Shown here: one piece after another, positions 21,701-28,822 of the stretch
Numbering within the stretch: position 1 is the first letter of the stretch
Layout of the letters: every line of letters starts with the position of its first letter
Source of the DNA: a virus
Taxonomy: Duplodnaviria; Caudoviricetes
DNA length: 64,000 nucleotides
Direction: 5' to 3' (one strand)
IMG/VR virus record: IMGVR_UViG_3300005582_000006
Span: 1 to 64,000 of that record
Made by a program: the position numbers and the translations under genes
Notes under the pieces: model-generated
What the model was told of the DNA's origin: nothing
Database searches by the model: none
What the model saw: only the letters and a program-made list of their open reading frames with translations

Positions 21701-24700
21701 TTTCGATGTCTGCCAATAATACCGCATTAAGAATAGCTGCTCCTTACTTGCCAAAATCAATTTATAAACAAGATATTCTTGCTGGAGAAGCATATAACAA
21801 TGATGGATTAAAAAAATTGGCTGGTGATAGACCAACATTGGGAAGTCCTAATAGCTCTTTCACATTTCCAGCAGATGGGCCAAGTCTTTTTACTACAGAA
21901 GATTTTTTAAATGCTGTAAGTAATTCACAGGGGTACGCAACTATTTCATCAAAAGCAGTAGTTGTAGAAGAAGATGTTGAAGGTAAGAAACAAAGAAAGA
22001 TTGATTATAAAAGAAATTTAGATGTTGCAAATATTGAAAATTCTAAAACTAGAGAGGCGATGAAAAATCGTTTAAAGCGTATAAATGACATAGAGGGAAT
22101 TAATAAACCGAATCAACCAGAAGAAAATAAAAATGTAGTTAAAGGAGAACCCAATGAATTTCAAGCTGCAATTATAAAAGAAAAAAATGAACAGAGTGCT
22201 CTTGCAGCTAGACTACCTAGAGCAACCAAAGAGCAACAATTATTTGAAGGCCAATACGGAGAACTAAGTGTTGAAAGTCGATTAAATAGGGGTGAAATAA
22301 CTAGAGAAGAAGCAGCAGCACAAATAGAACGACAAAGACAAGCTAGAAAAATGTCATCTGGTGGAATAGTAAACTATCTTTCATCTGGTGGTGTTCCTAG
22401 TCATAGTCCTAATCCTGATCCTTCGTTCTTTAAGCCTAAAGGTACAGATACAGTACCAGCTATGCTTACGCCAGGTGAGTTTGTAATAAATGCCTCTGCT
22501 ACTGCTAAACATGGCGATTTATTAAGTGCTATAAATAGTGGTAAAGATGTTGGATATTCTGCTACTGGTGGAATAATTTATTTAGAAGATGGTGGAGAAG
22601 CAAGAAAAAAAGCATTTTATGAAAAAATGAATAAGCGAAAAAATGACGAAGAAAAATTAAGATATTTAGTTGATGATAAAGATAAAGATAAAAATACCTA
22701 CATGCAAGACAGAAAAGATGATTTAGAATCTACTGCTAATAGGGCAACTCAAACTTTTTCTCGTAGGCAGAACCAATTTATACAAGATGAAGACAAGAGC
22801 AATAATGCTGGAACAGAAATGGTTTTTAATGCTATGGGGATGACTGGACTTGCAAAAGCAGGAATATCTGCAATTTCAAAATTTGCAATGAGTCCATCAC
22901 TTAACGCTGCTGGTCAGGGAGCAAAAAATATTGGGAAAAACTATTTTAAATACGAAGCACAAAATCAAGTGCAAAACACAGGTATAGATATTTTTAAGTC
23001 AAATGCGGAAAAATTACTTAGATATGCAAGCGGTGGATTAGTAAGTTATTTATATGATGGTGGATACTTAAAAAGAAGAGCAAACTTAGCTTCTTATAGT
23101 GGCAGTGAAAATGAATATGTTACAGATCAAGAAGAAGTTGGTAAACAAAATACGGCAAATATAACCAATAGAATAGCAGCAAAGAATCAAGCTGAAAACA
23201 ATGCATTTCAAATGTTTTCTAACATTAGATTTAATGACGGAACTGGTAGTCTTTTTGACAATACACAATCTGGATTTTCTACTGGATCTGGTGGTGTTTC
23301 TGCTCAACAAGCACTATCTTTTCAAGATCCAACTAAGCCTGGTGGAGAAGGCATAACATCAGCAGCAATGGGTATGATTGGAGATGTTCAATCCAGAATG
23401 AAGGGTAATAAAAATCCATATGGAAATATTTCTGTTACTGGTGCAGAATTAAACGAATTAAAATCTGCAAAAGCAAATGAACCAGAAATACAGAAGAGGT
23501 ATGATGAATATAAAAAGTTTATAGAAGAACAAAAAAAACAACAAGAAGAAGAATCTGGTAGTACATATGCAAGTTTGGGGGGATTGATTTATGCTCAAGG
23601 TGGACTTTATCTTCCTCGTAATAATTATAGACCATATGTTTCAATTCCAGATAGCAGTTACACAGGTAGCGGAGGTTACTTTGGTGATAATGAATCTATT
23701 AATAATGGTGGGGGTTATTTTGGTGAAAGTGGAGATAAAATAGAAAGACAACAAAAACTTTACGAAATTCAAAAGAAAAAACAAAAAAGTCCTCGTTACC
23801 TACAAGCAGAACAATATCAACAACAACAATTTCAACTTAGAAATCAAGCATATCAATCACAACAACGAAAATCGCAAAATCCTAAACGACAACAACAGCC
23901 AGAACAATGGCAAATAAATTGGCAACAACAGCAACAAGCAAGTGGATATAAAAATCCATATGCAGCATTGCAATCAAAACCAATGTTTCCAGAACAGAGA
24001 CAACAACAATCAGAAAATTTTCAAAATCAAAGGGCATATCAAGCAAAGCAAGAAATGTATGGCGGTCCTAGTGCCCAACCAGTATTTCAAGCAAGTAACT
24101 ATGCAGGAAGTTTCTTTAATCAAGTTCCACAGCAACAACAAGTAGCACAAGACCCAAAACGAAAACAATTAAGTTTGTTTAGAATGAATCTAGGGTCATA
24201 TAGTTCTGGTGGTAATGTAGATACTATTCCAGCTATGTTAACTCCTGGTGAGTTTGTAGTAAATAAACAAGCATCATCTAAAAATTATTCTTTATTACAT
24301 GCAATCAATAGTGGCAAAGAAGTTGCTAGATTTAAAGATGGTGGTAGCGTTGGAAATATTCGTGGAAGAAAAGTAGACCCAATAGAATCTGGAATAAGTC
24401 TATTAGCTGGTAAGCTATCTGGAGTTGGAAATAAATTTATTGAGAGTGGAGATTCATTCAAGACTGGAGCAAATGCTAATAGGGAAGGATCACAAAACAT
24501 ATTGGCTTCTTCATCAAAGTTTAATTCTGGAGTTGGAAGTTTTGCTGATTCTGCTACTAAAATATCAAAAAGAAAGGGCTATAATTCTGGTGGTCTGGTA
24601 AACTATTTTGCAGATGGTGGATTCACACCAAGAGGCACAGACACTGTTCCCGCTATGCTGACACCAGGAGAGTTTGTGGTAAATAGACAATCAACATCTA

Positions 24701-25119
24701 AAAATTTAAATTTATTAAAAAATATAAATGGAAATGCTAGTTATATGTCTAATGGTGGAGTTATGTATGCTAGAAGGGGTGCTTTTGTTGGAAATTCATC
24801 GCAAGACTCATCTCCAGCAATAGATATGACTTCAGTTACAGAATTAGCTAATGCAATAAGTACATTAGGAACTACATTTCTCAAACCTTTTGGTGAACAA
24901 GTAGATGCATTTAAAAATTATGCTGAAGCTTTACAAACACAAATCAATAAAATACCAACAGTAGTAAGAATAGAAGTCATGGGTAGTTTAAATGCTGCTT
25001 TAAATATTGACTTTAATCCAGATGGCGTATATACAGCGGTAACACAAGCAACGCAAGAATTACAAGGGTTTATAATTGCAGAAATAAATAAACAACTTGG
25101 AAATGATATGAGAGCATAA
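9787..25119 (+). CDS. Giant tail tape measure protein (5110 aa) with embedded cargo domains
   Basis: The N-terminal ~460 aa match the TP901-family TMP core (AVDFDREM, NAVAGEFAVEASDI, ESAESIGTGLRTIFTRI). Long Ala/Lys/Gln coiled coils; canonical position after the tube and chaperone genes. Confidence 0.9.
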   Translation: MAFNLTANLNVAVNSGALKAAANQINSTLGSVNSLKIGTNSATFASLTPLKTQLSEVTNSIENFGRQAGFAAKRFAAFAVTAGSIITFTNNIREALSAAVDFDREMIRLRQVSGDTAQDVAAVGEQITGLSKGLGVSSKDLVGVAVVLKQANLTLSETKDALEAMAQAALAPNFDNLKDTTEGAIAIMKQFKVEAKDLGSALGSVNAVAGEFAVEASDIIEAIRKTGGAFKAAGGNLNELIALFTSVRQTTRESAESIGTGLRTIFTRIQRNDTANALKEIGINLRYTADEAKALGDVGLEQQFVGPYEAIKRLSSGLSELRSTDPRFSAIVEQLGGYRQISKVIPLIQEFATAQKALGVAQAGSVSLAVNAGQAQDALAVKLQKLKESFFEVGRSIVNSPGFRSLADTFIGAATSVLSLINSLKGLLPLFTALAAVKIGQSIGSFATGFVKGAGADNSSARTNKKADGGFLRMRTGGIVPGSGTGDKVPALLEPGELVVPRSQVRRTKYYKAGPVKLEKVGGKKDTSSINTLINNDLDKMLNKEDTIYMEVVEKKQKLLSDEHKKDIYSSYRLEDSDAELYSDPNFRPIMYASDNTKPKTVISTAEALEKYKTQNPKFKELSIDYLKNLKRKIAPAEAAWGKKFENITLEKYSSTIQAATRPTINGKMVAESTYPVDTETISPRKRKYGDIKFKTSKEENNHLLSKQLRAKLYYKKPEKLGFSKKLGDNVDLGLFEYYGSYDTKQKGKTILGAKGDFLQSLQDLHNQTKPKLALGGPIPRQRFMNGNSVGPKPFPPNFSPEEILNLVKGVIHTDEVIKGAFRVAAKINHPDKNPTAKPNGNMERVNAALRTLLDRNILIRARAEAGPKTTDNTRRNTSPPPPPKRNAQSEDQIFRAVFGDAPTKDEARSQWKGTNPETFTKPNRFDSFEAVRNASQFREKEEAAKTMNASSAYSDRLRKAKRGYANGGDVVRQKFASGKFVAKDTKGNIVRDSVDGADEVEMAAKIRQMGYFVISLELVAAKKASQQKLQERQDRRDQAKERAKELRRYWNMNETDTGDINTSRPPKRGNSLAIEESERREENAKGIVLSGPSGAIAGGITGAVSGALLGNIPGAFIGGTLGFGAGAVGGMMYDKSRKSEDEKNKGLARFSYQDEQGKKGIIPARDKEEAIRRLSFDRITPTNMRRVAPERSWGEYLEQKRNDIFGIKKASIEETNRESRSRERKFSKSIGKGDAPPIMVRKPSKKTKESKKYSEDIYKPLPALALDPTLGKSVAITKEMMEERKKARGFASGGLVPGTGNSDTVPMDLDEGSFVIKKSSVNSIGIDNLANAHKFASGGKVPALLTPGEYVYSPSEAKKIGANKLHQMNSFAKFKKGGEVGNSIVSDTFLNSPNNLKKILLTLVDQIMESDPEISKKDAKAEATRIVSEIKVQNQTSNQAIGNVARADQDISAEKSNIGVFNKELKGFGKTLSTLGKEATSLAEALQKNTDAADASYTAELELRAKGTAIVAARDAKVAAGQDLTKENTRVGSAQTKVNELKDKKKDMEEARQAKIDAADQRIAAAEQAKITKEAQPVDLTQENKRVVSAKQKVDDLKQKKKDMQEAKQAKIDAASQRLAEAEEAKRLKSQQPVNLKSETAKVGNITGRISVLEARKKSKLDAGESVRVVNAQIAEAKRQRDVLTKQMADKTAAGPNTKKEQEEIDKAKEELAKASKPLKTKNIDTKIMRAEDALTQATTARDNKVPNTKKEQEEIDKAKAEKLEAEKPLKSKAIDAKITKAESALTTATNARDTKARTAVDTSKEDAQILKLNQDYQKLLDDRNTNAQNRVAIENSITAVGTKQLNVQNEILKTEQNIKDAESNIQKAETAKAAAKASGEKATRSFQVNAKGEIVNEKGRPIGQTKPITTPDSIKQISKQREKEYAKQNDGKAPRKSEREDIRSGIVNEYRVATEKQLRAKAQKEGKPVSELQIQSMTDQYTKQFAQGKRGAVFNKQGEVTGDKSLGSKLIKGGDYKESGDLTFQGKVKDFGSRALFGSKRTDFEAGSEGERQFKQDRASGYANRITTAAVGGSLLASGMRAEAPEVSSLAKANEQGVVVEDKAQQEAYRSTLQFAGAIEKAGTYAATTATAFSALGPVGTLVGGALGAFVGLIKGYADGTKEAEAQIREVKLGAALTGLQGTFDKLNTGLRTFDDTIAESIAANQKIITEANAGKAFVEAGGEKSGFDRLISGITGGGFGGFDVKKFNELNSKSQKEAGAAQIVPLTNILNKQAEQLGSSAVRQAGGNAGTLDYKDFAASLDTKLTSGGGGFNNAQIQKIANARNVSFDDVKKEIVKVMKDSFKAAQLEKTQKEAVTVNQRSINSMALLSEAVVAAANSVESFSNRLSTNESFFSGGIGSTKVTGISNQFDQKSTPDFNSFNSAVSKLSDSLGTYGNEFKTQGNAINAASQALPSLLAGAIEDPVGGQDIAVQIAAGLREALSAQGISGAGADRVVSSVAGNVSGQEYTKLLAEAGGDVSKVAEKLLGNIKDPFLNAAKDISQRLENASNQYISGLENLAQRQKQIGESFKNLESAKLQRDKFTAETVATNAGLPSQAGNLISVDRQMQGFRTNQERLTGTKGAEAQDSRVIGDNLKRTQERIRELEPKVQNASGAEGGGAAFRGAASELVKLKSEASNLQESLKNLADQSNNLAILEGKLGQVRQERDNETQRGKEFLTADPKERQKILRDRVQGQGLLKQAQAQGGNVSNFSSGQNKALFAFLDSFGPVGKDIADNIVRNTTGLGKKKPEEDMLVGKLAKVYDEQVKANQELIGNQRSLQTDYFSQLTKQNTTFYSNLDKFIAGMEKSQVQDEKNREVAKSAKIKDVQEKSGFLREAGVTDENLKDVNANKGKISEVIKAREAAKEEEKRSVNINESMREGDFAQSLGRSFTKDAREADAAKEIGSKGETLNDILSKIGLTGKQSSLVREQATIAVTQNKDLNIEEAIKIAIRQVSGQTVNDAEKRVSTAEKGAGALGVNIANKAQEQGISAEKFESSLAAVTELNQGIGVKLTTAASTATANIDRLSASINSLGAQQQGIAPVNVNANPAQAIGFAVGGPAFSPRGTDTVPAMLTPGEFVVNRSATQRNLPLLQSINSGKTSYLADGGEVLGKRIKASEDVMKIWDTPGLKQEEKIASIRNIISNKYNSLKESSLTNVPNGIEGESRKSAASAILQEVISSLSIGQIPKNESAKRVIDSNGGIESLQDFGNIFGDFKRKGDTENSLGYRTKEINDNYEKIKKEMLDEKLLDPTESYENFKKDNKYNYELLYSKYDPANIRTALNSVMIEAGRDATVKEKVVAGLLGAGSAIIAAPIAIGGVALSGAGALGASISGASVTAAGATTYGLGKLIMSESAEEKKRMDLFKLDAAIADPINQDNTHGYSAAVSTGANIKKFADLETLNSKKEFAEGMKRIKEDFNHVYKYGVSGNVKTPGWWGKTNEEKMNTDLLKETWYYKGTNGGAIDVAKDGYTWPGIQNYSGEKVNTFIQPLIDKANAPDPSNAQKIKNYLKRKNISDKTYLIPDDLNDLNQFIVNPEYLKSLNAAGTKDIDANIDAKIPQYIATIANLKAQKKDIVSEKKQENIVANIANEEGTTPIDTQIRMAENEVLAARGNKELESKKKAELEILKLRRTSYNQTGLTSNEKLRNAYGQNRPEIDKSYVESKAYLTQIKEGTGEKFVATDMGKEDELFLKRQGDAGRLAQIGLRREVQASAILGKMVKLKGIFAKNQGEELNKKEFAEIGKDPNQLIPLGLKEYNNLYSGQKGSLAKEDFDNPKLILPFQKEIVGSFFKQQASTRSLAISGKGLLDFIDQYSNIKDTKGFVEAKVKQAGPDAIPLVVRAIEEGKINALSVLNAAAANVGGISRKSLEGAIGRNKDFNLLDKLSEKQEGKAQKIVKPFSGIDFIEGEDGAYATIKAVSGKGQVSMSANNTALRIAAPYLPKSIYKQDILAGEAYNNDGLKKLAGDRPTLGSPNSSFTFPADGPSLFTTEDFLNAVSNSQGYATISSKAVVVEEDVEGKKQRKIDYKRNLDVANIENSKTREAMKNRLKRINDIEGINKPNQPEENKNVVKGEPNEFQAAIIKEKNEQSALAARLPRATKEQQLFEGQYGELSVESRLNRGEITREEAAAQIERQRQARKMSSGGIVNYLSSGGVPSHSPNPDPSFFKPKGTDTVPAMLTPGEFVINASATAKHGDLLSAINSGKDVGYSATGGIIYLEDGGEARKKAFYEKMNKRKNDEEKLRYLVDDKDKDKNTYMQDRKDDLESTANRATQTFSRRQNQFIQDEDKSNNAGTEMVFNAMGMTGLAKAGISAISKFAMSPSLNAAGQGAKNIGKNYFKYEAQNQVQNTGIDIFKSNAEKLLRYASGGLVSYLYDGGYLKRRANLASYSGSENEYVTDQEEVGKQNTANITNRIAAKNQAENNAFQMFSNIRFNDGTGSLFDNTQSGFSTGSGGVSAQQALSFQDPTKPGGEGITSAAMGMIGDVQSRMKGNKNPYGNISVTGAELNELKSAKANEPEIQKRYDEYKKFIEEQKKQQEEESGSTYASLGGLIYAQGGLYLPRNNYRPYVSIPDSSYTGSGGYFGDNESINNGGGYFGESGDKIERQQKLYEIQKKKQKSPRYLQAEQYQQQQFQLRNQAYQSQQRKSQNPKRQQQPEQWQINWQQQQQASGYKNPYAALQSKPMFPEQRQQQSENFQNQRAYQAKQEMYGGPSAQPVFQASNYAGSFFNQVPQQQQVAQDPKRKQLSLFRMNLGSYSSGGNVDTIPAMLTPGEFVVNKQASSKNYSLLHAINSGKEVARFKDGGSVGNIRGRKVDPIESGISLLAGKLSGVGNKFIESGDSFKTGANANREGSQNILASSSKFNSGVGSFADSATKISKRKGYNSGGLVNYFADGGFTPRGTDTVPAMLTPGEFVVNRQSTSKNLNLLKNINGNASYMSNGGVMYARRGAFVGNSSQDSSPAIDMTSVTELANAISTLGTTFLKPFGEQVDAFKNYAEALQTQINKIPTVVRIEVMGSLNAALNIDFNPDGVYTAVTQATQELQGFIIAEINKQLGNDMRA
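14356..15170 (+). repeat. Tandem coding duplications in the TMP coiled coil (168-nt and 153-nt periods)
   Basis: DLTKENTRV, DLTQENKRV and NLKSETAKV start at 14356, 14524 and 14692; PNTKKEQEEIDKAK starts at 14875 and 15028. Confidence 0.8.
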
Positions 25120-25131
25120 CAAGGTAAAATT

Positions 25132-26187
25132 ATGGCAAATTATATTGTATCTGGTGCTGGCAGTGGAGGGAACTTTAATGGCACATTTGTGTTTGCCAGC
25201 GGTTCTTTATATGAAAACAGCGTAGATTCAAATTATGTGCTGGTTTATGACTCAGGATTATCTCAGTGGACTATTCGTCATTTTTCAAGCGTTTATTACT
25301 ATAATACTGCAAGTGCAGGAAGTCCACCGCTAACAGGATGGCTAACATCATTAGGTTCAGCACCAGCACCAACAATAGCAATTGTTCCACCGCCAAAACT
25401 ATTTGGCATAAGAAATTTATTTTTAAAATCTGCTTTTGAAAACACTGTTTCTTTATATATAAAGTCTTCTGTATTTGATGCCAATATATTGCCATTACAT
25501 TTAAAGGTAAATACTCAAGAGCAAACAGACTTATATTTAAAAGCTTCTCCACAAAGTTCAATTAATTTATTCATAAAATATTGGTATGAACATCAAGACA
25601 ACCAAGAACTTTACTTAAAAGCATTTTTAGAAGCATCAACTAATTTATTTATAAAAAACATAAATTTATATACTGAATTAAATAATTCTATTGATTTGAA
25701 TATTCGATCATCAACAATAGATCAAAAAGCAGACAGCGTAGAATTTTATATAAAAGCACTTTTTAAAAATAGCCTAGAATTATTTTTGATGGTAAATGAT
25801 AGAGCATCAACAACAAACTTTATTCATGTATATATATCTGGACAAGTAATAAATTTAGCTTATTTTGAAAGTTTAAACCTTTATTTGAGCAATGACTACA
25901 CATTTATTAATAACTCGTTAAATATTACTATAATTGGTCTTGGAACTACATTTAATGGAATACCAAGCAATTCATCTATGAACATGTTTATACAAAGAGA
26001 TGTTGAAGCAACTTGGAATTCTGTACCATTAATAGCTTATGGTGCTTCTCCTGCAATAACTAGCAGTATTGACTTTAATATATATCCAAGTGACATTTAT
26101 TTTTATTCAGTTAGGTTAATAATTCCAAAAGTAAATCAACCATTCAATGAAAATATGCAATTATACACTCATGGTTTTGAGGATTAA
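25132..26187 (+). CDS. Tail-associated protein with about 18 short L-(Y/F)-(I/L)-K-type repeats
   Basis: Repeats NLFLKS, SLYIKS, DLYLKA, NLFIKY, ELYLKA, EFYIKA and others; follows the TMP. Confidence 0.6.
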   Translation: MANYIVSGAGSGGNFNGTFVFASGSLYENSVDSNYVLVYDSGLSQWTIRHFSSVYYYNTASAGSPPLTGWLTSLGSAPAPTIAIVPPPKLFGIRNLFLKSAFENTVSLYIKSSVFDANILPLHLKVNTQEQTDLYLKASPQSSINLFIKYWYEHQDNQELYLKAFLEASTNLFIKNINLYTELNNSIDLNIRSSTIDQKADSVEFYIKALFKNSLELFLMVNDRASTTNFIHVYISGQVINLAYFESLNLYLSNDYTFINNSLNITIIGLGTTFNGIPSNSSMNMFIQRDVEATWNSVPLIAYGASPAITSSIDFNIYPSDIYFYSVRLIIPKVNQPFNENMQLYTHGFED

Positions 26188-26189
26188 AC

Positions 26190-27545
26190 ATGGCTGGAAC
26201 ATTATCAGATCCAATTCAAACATTTTCATTGCAAGAAAGTGTGCAGTTTTACGATAATGGAAAAGCAAAAACATATCTTTTCAATATATCTGTATCTGCA
26301 AAATTTGTTCCAAATCAATCTTTATCTATAAATGCAAAGCATTCTGCTATTATTGCAAGACAGGCAGCTATAATAACACAAATCAATGCATTTAAAGGTC
26401 AAACATATTTTGAAGTTCAATCAAGAGATGGTAATACTCCACCAATCAAGTTTATACCTAGAATTAAAAGTCTAAATTTTAAAGAAGATTTGTGGGTTGA
26501 TTTTTGTGATTATACAATTGAAATGGAAGCAGATTCTGTAACTATTGGATCGATAACAGTACCAGACAAAATTAATTCTTCAGAAATAGATGAGTCATGG
26601 TCAGTTGATTATAACGATGAGGATTTGAGATTTACAAAAGTAAATCATAAAATTTCTTGTAAGTCTAAAGATGTTGATGGAAAAAATGGTTGGGAAACAT
26701 CAAAAACAGAAGTTTTAAAAAAAATAAACGATCTTATTCCAACAGACATAAAAGACGAAGCTGGAAATACTTATTTAAAAGCTTCACCTTCAAATAAATT
26801 AATTAATTATAGTGTAAATGTACTTGGCGGTGAATTTTCTGCCGAAATAAATTTAACTTATCATAACAATCTATTAAAGAATTCAATTCTTCCTCAATTA
26901 CCACAAGCACATCATGAACAAACAGTTACAGACAAACAATCCAATGAAACATTAAGAGATACGCTTTCTATAGAAGGAACTATAACTGGCCTATCTTCAT
27001 CTTCTACATCAACTCCAAGCAATAGATATACAGAAGCATTGGCATTATGGACAACGGTAAGGACTGCTTTAAACCTTAAATATCTTACATTAACAATAAC
27101 TTCATTTTCAGAAACACATGATAAAGTAAAAGGAATAATTAATTATAGTTATGAAATTGAAAATATAAAAAGACCAACAACAACTGGCATAAAAAACGAA
27201 ACAATAACTGTAAGTTATTTTGGGCCTTTAGCTGATCCTCTTAATACTTATGTTATACACAATACTATCTATGGAGATAAGGGGCCAGTTTTTCAAAACA
27301 TTAACATGAATAAAGCAAAAACAATGTCTATTACAATAGAAAGAGTTGGAACAGAAACAAAACCAGATACATTGCAATATCAACCAACAGGAAGTATGAT
27401 TGAATCTGATACTATTAATTTTACTGCACAAAATAAAAAAATATCAAGAACTACAGTATTTATATGGGCAGATGGATCAACGCCAGTTTTGCCAACCATT
27501 ACTAATTTTGATTTGATAAACACAGAAATACCTAGACCATATTAG
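26190..27545 (+). CDS. Putative tail-tip (distal tail-like) protein, paralog 1
   Basis: Beta-rich and Thr/Ser-rich; post-TMP position; shares motifs with 27555-28814. Confidence 0.55.
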   Translation: MAGTLSDPIQTFSLQESVQFYDNGKAKTYLFNISVSAKFVPNQSLSINAKHSAIIARQAAIITQINAFKGQTYFEVQSRDGNTPPIKFIPRIKSLNFKEDLWVDFCDYTIEMEADSVTIGSITVPDKINSSEIDESWSVDYNDEDLRFTKVNHKISCKSKDVDGKNGWETSKTEVLKKINDLIPTDIKDEAGNTYLKASPSNKLINYSVNVLGGEFSAEINLTYHNNLLKNSILPQLPQAHHEQTVTDKQSNETLRDTLSIEGTITGLSSSSTSTPSNRYTEALALWTTVRTALNLKYLTLTITSFSETHDKVKGIINYSYEIENIKRPTTTGIKNETITVSYFGPLADPLNTYVIHNTIYGDKGPVFQNINMNKAKTMSITIERVGTETKPDTLQYQPTGSMIESDTINFTAQNKKISRTTVFIWADGSTPVLPTITNFDLINTEIPRPY

Positions 27546-27554
27546 GAATAATTT

Positions 27555-28814
27555 ATGTCTATTACATTAAATGGAACTGCAATAAGACCAATACCATTGA
27601 TAAGTATTAGTCAACAATCAGAATTTAGGGATAGCGGTAAATTAAAAACGACCACAATAACAGTAGATTTAAAAGGAAAAATTTTAGCTGTTGATCCAAT
27701 AGCGGGTGAGTCAGAACCAACTGGAACTGCTGAACAAATAGATAAAGCTAAATTAGGTTTAATTATAAAGAAAATGGAAACCTTAGAAGGTTTAGTAATC
27801 CACAAGATAGATGATATTAATATAAGCACATCAATAGGTGGTCCAAATTTATCTGGAAAATTTAAATTAAAATCTAAAAGCTTCCAGCTTGAACAATCAA
27901 GTTTAATATGTGATTACACAATATCTTTAGAACAAATAGTATTGGACAATGAAGATCCAGATGAAACTTGGTCATTAGATCCAGCAGATGAATATGGGAG
28001 ATTTGTAAAGATAAATAGGTCTAGAAGCATACAAGTAAAAAGCACTGAAATTCCAGCTAAAGATTATGAACTGGCAATGGAGAAAGTAGTTCTAACCACA
28101 TCTATAGCTGATTCTGATGCTTCTACATACTTAACTTTGCCAACAGAAGATTCTTATAATAAAACAACTAGTTATTCAGTTAACACATATAAGAATACTG
28201 TTGATTGCAATGAGTCTTGGATATTATCAAAAGACCCATTTGTAATCGAAGAAACATATACGGAAAAAGAAAGTTTTGATTCTGTATACAAATCCGCAAG
28301 CTTGCAAGGAACTATAACTGGATATGAAGGAAATGGGAAAACAAAGTATGATAATGCATCAGACAAATTAAAGGCAGTTAAAGAAGCAAGCCCTTGGGAA
28401 ATAGGCAAATCATACACTATTGGAACAATAACTGGTAAAGTAAGATCTGTTTCTGAAGGAACTAATAAAATATCTGGAACAATAAATTATTCTGTAGAAA
28501 TTTCTGAGGGTATAGAAGAAACTACTGAAAGATTTAAGTCTGTAAGTTGGACAGATACGCCACCTACAGATGTAATTGTTGTAATACCAGCAGTTGGTAA
28601 AGAATCAGGTCCAATTATACAAAAACTTCCAGCCAAAAAAAATGGTGTTAAAACAGTCAATATTGAAGTATTATATAATGATGGATCTAAAGGTCCACCA
28701 GATGTTTCTTCTTATGCACCAACAGCCACTGAAATATTTGTAGAAAAAGACGATATGACATTTGATTATAGAACTAAAAAAGTTACAAGATCAGTAGTTT
28801 GGAATTATAATTAG
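27555..28814 (+). CDS. Putative tail-tip (distal tail-like) protein, paralog 2
   Basis: DETWSLD versus DESWSVD, and SLQGTITG versus SIEGTITG, shared with the preceding gene. Confidence 0.55.
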   Translation: MSITLNGTAIRPIPLISISQQSEFRDSGKLKTTTITVDLKGKILAVDPIAGESEPTGTAEQIDKAKLGLIIKKMETLEGLVIHKIDDINISTSIGGPNLSGKFKLKSKSFQLEQSSLICDYTISLEQIVLDNEDPDETWSLDPADEYGRFVKINRSRSIQVKSTEIPAKDYELAMEKVVLTTSIADSDASTYLTLPTEDSYNKTTSYSVNTYKNTVDCNESWILSKDPFVIEETYTEKESFDSVYKSASLQGTITGYEGNGKTKYDNASDKLKAVKEASPWEIGKSYTIGTITGKVRSVSEGTNKISGTINYSVEISEGIEETTERFKSVSWTDTPPTDVIVVIPAVGKESGPIIQKLPAKKNGVKTVNIEVLYNDGSKGPPDVSSYAPTATEIFVEKDDMTFDYRTKKVTRSVVWNYN

Positions 28815-28822
28815 GTGAAAAA

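Noticed and set aside
9942-24500. Numerous minus-strand ORFs opposite the TMP, and plus-strand ORFs opposite the replication genes
   Set aside because: Antisense shadows of strongly biased coding sequence, with no motifs or ribosome-binding sites.
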